Source: Bispira polyomma (Eukaryota). From it: 64,000 bases of DNA. Of the stretch, positions 62,201 through 64,000 are shown piece after piece. The translations under genes were made by a program, and so were the position numbers. Below the pieces are notes generated by a model. That model was given only the letters and a program-made list of their open reading frames with translations, did no database searches and was not told the DNA's origin. The stretch spans positions 58,404,001-58,468,000 of the forward strand of contig OZ287752.1 in NCBI GenBank assembly GCA_965649765.1. The letters run 5' to 3'. Position 1 is the first letter of the stretch. Every line of letters starts with the position of its first letter.

Positions 62201-63856
62201 CCAATGTAACAAGATTTGAAATTTTGTCGACCGAATGTTTATTGGCAAGCAGTCAACACTCCAAAAATATTATTTTATTTTCCTTCAGTTCCTCGTTATA
62301 GGAAATTGTTAGTACAGCAGATTTCCCCGTTTTAAAAGTTATATTCGAGGTAGTTATTAATTGCCAGCAGTAGTGTGTGGTGTATTTTTTAGTGACTTTA
62401 TCTTTGTGTATTAACCTATTGCCGAAAAATCTCATTTCAGTTTCCGTCAGTTTTTCTCCCAGTCGCGAAAGTGTTAATAGAAAACAGTGGGTGAGCTGTT
62501 AAGAAAGCATTTCCTGTGTATTCGTGTTTGTGGCTATGGTACAGTAAAACCTCTATTTTACGGACATCTTGGAAGAGTGAGAATTTGTTTGGATAATATA
62601 GAAGGTCCGTAAAATATAAGTAGCATTTTAGTAGAAAGCAATAGTGAATATTTTGATAATAGATGGTCGGATAATAGAGGTTCTACTGTACTTATGTTTT
62701 AGGGGGTTATGTTACCAGTCACTGGCTCTCTAGGTCAGTGTTGTTTACTAATGACTATTCATCTTGTTTTGTCAGGTATGATTGGCTATGGCATGGCAAA
62801 GGCTGCAGTACACCAGCTGGTAAAAAGTCTGGCTGCTGAAAATTCTGGTTTACCAAAAGATGCATTTGTGGGTGCAATATTACCGTAAGTATTCGTCAGA
62901 TGGTAGAATGTCAATGTGCAGGAATGAAAGTTTAACTCAGTATGTCAATAACATTTTGCAACCCAGGAAAGAATATCTCAGGTCGAGGGACCTAACTAAC
63001 TACCTACATTAGAACCTTTCTTATACAAAGTCCTGTTATCCATTTATTTAATTTGTTGAACTCAATTTCCCTCTCCCAACTTAAATAAATAAGTTTCAAT
63101 AAGGGGAATGCCAGTTACTGGGGCTTGTTGGCTGTACTTGAGCAGTCAGGAAAACGTTAATTAGCACTTTGAATACCAGATAAAGATATATGAATAAATT
63201 TAAACAAAATATAATACAAGTATCATCTTTGTGAAATTTTGAAATATGTGATTGCCAAAAGGCGTGTCCACACTTTTTTTACCAATGACTACAATTGGGC
63301 AAGATGTCTACAAGTAGTGACTCGGATGACCACTTAAAATGCGATCGTCTGTCACTGGGTCCTATCCCCAGTGGCAGGCTAGAGATCCTTGGGGACGTTG
63401 ATAAACAGTCATCATCAAGCCTCTCTCTTCAGCTAGGGGAATGACAGTAACTGATGCAGTTGACTGTTAAGAGTTAGAGAAGGTCTATGCAAATACCAGA
63501 TGACGGTAGATAATTCACCGAGTATAAATATGAATACAAATTGCTAGGCAAGCGCCAGTTTATCAGATACAGTCAAACCACTTTTAAGTAGAATTCTGAT
63601 AAGTGGAATTACCTGTGAAGTACAAGTTATTTTTAGGTCCCATTGCTTTATTTATAATTAAATTTTACCCTGTGAAGTAGAAGTTCTGTTAAGTAGAACA
63701 AATTTTGATGGTCCCCTCAGATTCGACTTAACAAGGTTGCACTGTATTTTGTTTTTGTGACTATTTGTACAGGGTGACATTGGACACTCCTAATAACAGG
63801 AAGTGGATGCCCGAGGCTGACCACTCGTCCTGGACACCATTACAGGAAGTGGCAGA
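44200..63856 (+). CDS. QDPR: Dihydropteridine reductase (quinoid), exons 1-6, 3'-partial
   Basis: [17 protein letters not shown] / WVASID / [14 protein letters not shown] / [11 protein letters not shown] / [15 protein letters not shown] (YxxxK) / [20 protein letters not shown]; all splice phases are compatible. Confidence 0.97.
45047..45453 (+). mobile_element. MULE (ZSWIM3-like) transposase remnant in QDPR intron 1
   Basis: [22 protein letters not shown]...[24 protein letters not shown]...[16 protein letters not shown]; CxxH motif, three in-frame stops. Confidence 0.8.
47551..47643 (+). CDS. QDPR: QDPR exon 2
   Basis: [31 protein letters not shown]. Confidence 0.95.
48008..48180. mobile_element. 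MITE (CAGTAGAA family) 13 nt upstream of QDPR exon 3
   Basis: tacagtagaaacttgattatc...ggataatagaagttctactgta. Confidence 0.85.
48194..48290 (+). CDS. QDPR: QDPR exon 3
   Basis: [32 protein letters not shown]. Confidence 0.95.
49652..49875 (+). mobile_element. Older related SINE copy ending just upstream of the QDPR exon 4 acceptor
   Basis: ggccaagtagttataag...aatcactggcctctcacctctggggatcgaatccc. Confidence 0.65.
49891..50031 (+). CDS. QDPR: QDPR exon 4
   Basis: [46 protein letters not shown]. Confidence 0.96.
50110..50372 (-). mobile_element. tRNA-headed SINE with CORE-like central domain (family 2)
   Basis: Minus strand: tggcctaatggttag...ggttcgatcc...cccttggacaaggtgcttta...cccaggtgtataaatgggtac. 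Confidence 0.75.
52292..52397 (-). pseudogene. 5'-truncated, promoterless duplicate of small RNA copy A
   Basis: Product of an exact 127-bp tandem duplication (52271-52397 = 52398-52524); lacks the 5' GGAAGTCCG. Confidence 0.75.
52419..52533 (-). ncRNA. Y-RNA/sbRNA-like Pol III small RNA, copy A
   Basis: GGAAGTCCGGTACCATAG...CTATGGTCAACTATCGACTTCT-TATTAC-TTTTT; upstream elements at conserved spacing. Confidence 0.72.
52558..52612 (-). promoter_or_regulatory. Type-3 Pol III promoter (PSE-like + TATA) of copy A
   Basis: ATTCATA at -79..-73, CCCATTT at -64..-58, TATATACATAA at about -35..-25. Confidence 0.65.
53634..54328. mobile_element. Harbinger-like MITE (GGG..TATTCACAAA TIR family); related pieces at about 55790-55842, 56135-56222 and 60775-60881
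   Basis: ggggctgtgcacaaaag ... ctttgtgaatacgggc with internal inverted aaaaatcagct repeats. Confidence 0.6.
54329..54590. mobile_element. hAT-like MITE with repeated CGGTTAACC
   Basis: Ends taagattgaaa / tttcaacctta; several ccggttaac subterminal motifs. Confidence 0.5.
54606..54710 (-). ncRNA. Y-RNA/sbRNA-like Pol III small RNA, copy B
   Basis: GGAAGTCCGATACCATAGC...CTATGGCCAACTATAGACTTCC-AA-TTTTT. Confidence 0.72.
54734..54788 (-). promoter_or_regulatory. Type-3 Pol III promoter of copy B
   Basis: ATTCAAA at -78..-72, CCCATAA at -63..-57, TATATATA at about -31..-24. Confidence 0.7.
55242..55347 (-). ncRNA. Y-RNA/sbRNA-like Pol III small RNA, copy C
   Basis: GGATGTCCGGCACCATAGT...ACTATGGTCAACTATAGACTTCC-TTTTT. 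Confidence 0.7.
55374..55426 (-). promoter_or_regulatory. Type-3 Pol III promoter of copy C
   Basis: ATTCAAA at -79..-73, CCCATAA at -64..-58, TATAAA at -32..-27. Confidence 0.75.
56229..56336 (-). ncRNA. Y-RNA/sbRNA-like Pol III small RNA, copy D
   Basis: GGAAGTCCGGTACCATAAC...CTATGGTCAATTATAGACTTCC-TTTT; has one internal T4 run. Confidence 0.68.
56363..56415 (-). promoter_or_regulatory. Type-3 Pol III promoter of copy D
   Basis: ATTCAAA at -79..-73, ACCATAA at -64..-58, TATAAA at -32..-27. Confidence 0.75.
56578..57616 (+). mobile_element. HINE-like element with four alternating ~146-bp units
   Basis: Subterminal inverted repeats tgtatccacc/ggtggataca, 3' hairpin, CTAGTT end; absent from the paralogous segment upstream of copy E. 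Confidence 0.75.
58312..58551 (-). mobile_element. tRNA-derived SINE (family 1) with TSD
   Basis: Reverse complement of the same family; TSD caacatcga(a/g)ac. Confidence 0.9.
58610..58661 (-). promoter_or_regulatory. Orphan, decayed copy of the copy-H promoter with no RNA gene downstream
   Basis: About 58590-58750 aligns with about 61787-61953, with mutated TATA (TATGAA) and ATTTAAA. Confidence 0.6.
59357..59465 (-). ncRNA. Y-RNA/sbRNA-like Pol III small RNA, copy E (paralog of D)
   Basis: GGAAGTCCGGTACCATAAC...GCTATGGTCAATCATAGACTTCC-TTTT. Confidence 0.72.
59492..59544 (-). promoter_or_regulatory. Type-3 Pol III promoter of copy E
   Basis: ATTCAAA at -79..-73, ACCATAA at -64..-58, TATAAA at -32..-27. 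Confidence 0.75.
60485..60591 (-). ncRNA. Y-RNA/sbRNA-like copy F (degenerate, possible pseudogene)
   Basis: GGAAGTCTGGTACCATAAT...ATTATGGCCAATCATAGCCTTTC; bulged C changed to T, lower stem disrupted, no adjacent T4; promoter intact. Confidence 0.55.
60618..60670 (-). promoter_or_regulatory. Type-3 Pol III promoter of copy F
   Basis: ATTCAAA at -79..-73, ACCATAA at -64..-58, TATAAA at -32..-27. Confidence 0.72.
61064..61167 (-). ncRNA. Y-RNA/sbRNA-like Pol III small RNA, copy G
   Basis: GGAAGTCCGGTACCATAGT...ACTATGGTCAATTATTGACTTCC-C-TTTTT; carries the Y-RNA-type GUCCG/UUGAC pair. Confidence 0.74.
61194..61246 (-). promoter_or_regulatory. Type-3 Pol III promoter of copy G
   Basis: ATTCAAA at -79..-73, ACCATAA at -64..-58, TACATAA at -33..-27. 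Confidence 0.7.
61679..61779 (-). ncRNA. Y-RNA/sbRNA-like Pol III small RNA, copy H
   Basis: GGAAGTCCGGTACCATAAC...GTTATGGTCAACTATAGACTTC-TTTT; compensatory AAC/GTT in the upper stem. Confidence 0.72.
61807..61858 (-). promoter_or_regulatory. Type-3 Pol III promoter of copy H
   Basis: ATTCAAA at -79..-73, ACCATTT at -64..-58, TATAAA at -33..-28. Confidence 0.72.
62776..62884 (+). CDS. QDPR: QDPR exon 5
   Basis: [37 protein letters not shown]. Confidence 0.96.
63568..63746. mobile_element. Second TA-flanked MITE family (TACAGT...TTAAGTAGAA)
   Basis: tacagtcaaaccacttttaagtagaat...attcgacttaacaaggttgcactgta; related copies at about 23999-24172, 52905, 56006, 58795, 59045, 59238 and 61550. Confidence 0.75.
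63773..63856 (+). CDS. QDPR: QDPR exon 6
   Basis: [27 protein letters not shown]. Confidence 0.96.
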
Positions 63857-64000
63857 GTAAGGATATAATTAGTGTTTTTAATATACAAAATATTATTACT
63901 TCATACCTACAGATGCTTTAGGCGAAAACAGGTCCACATAATAATGCACATGGCTACACATAAGCTAGAATACCGAGCATTTTACACCTATGTTAAGGGG

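Overview
AT-rich, repeat-rich animal genomic DNA. The SINE, MITE and Helentron-type repeats suggest a lophotrochozoan such as a mollusc; this is inference. Two spliced + strand protein-coding genes are present. (1) The 3' part of an ARHGAP32/33 (CdGAPr-type) SH3-RhoGAP gene: 21 phase-consistent exons from 1968 to the stop at 35439, about 2197 aa, with the N-terminal PX region outside the window. Its long disordered tail carries about six Lifeact/F-tractin-like motifs and an EFPPPPPP motif. (2) QDPR (dihydropteridine reductase), exons 1-6 (44200-63856), with the last exon beyond the window. The standout feature lies in the 12.7-kb QDPR intron 4: an antisense cluster of 8 divergent ~100-115 nt small RNA genes, plus one 5'-truncated duplicate and one orphan promoter. 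Each gene has a type-3 RNA polymerase III layout with fixed-position upstream elements at about -79..-73, -64..-58 and a TATA at about -32..-27, a GG start, and (in seven of the eight) an oligo-T terminator. Each folds into a terminal stem with a bulged C (GGAAGUC-C-G...GACUUCC), a 3' bulge, an upper stem and a variable loop. This is a Y-RNA / stem-bulge-RNA-like architecture. The remaining sequence is intronic or intergenic, with tRNA-derived SINEs, MITEs, Helentron-like elements with internal tandem repeats, and Gypsy, MULE and L2 remnants. All coordinates were counted by hand; repeat boundaries are approximate.
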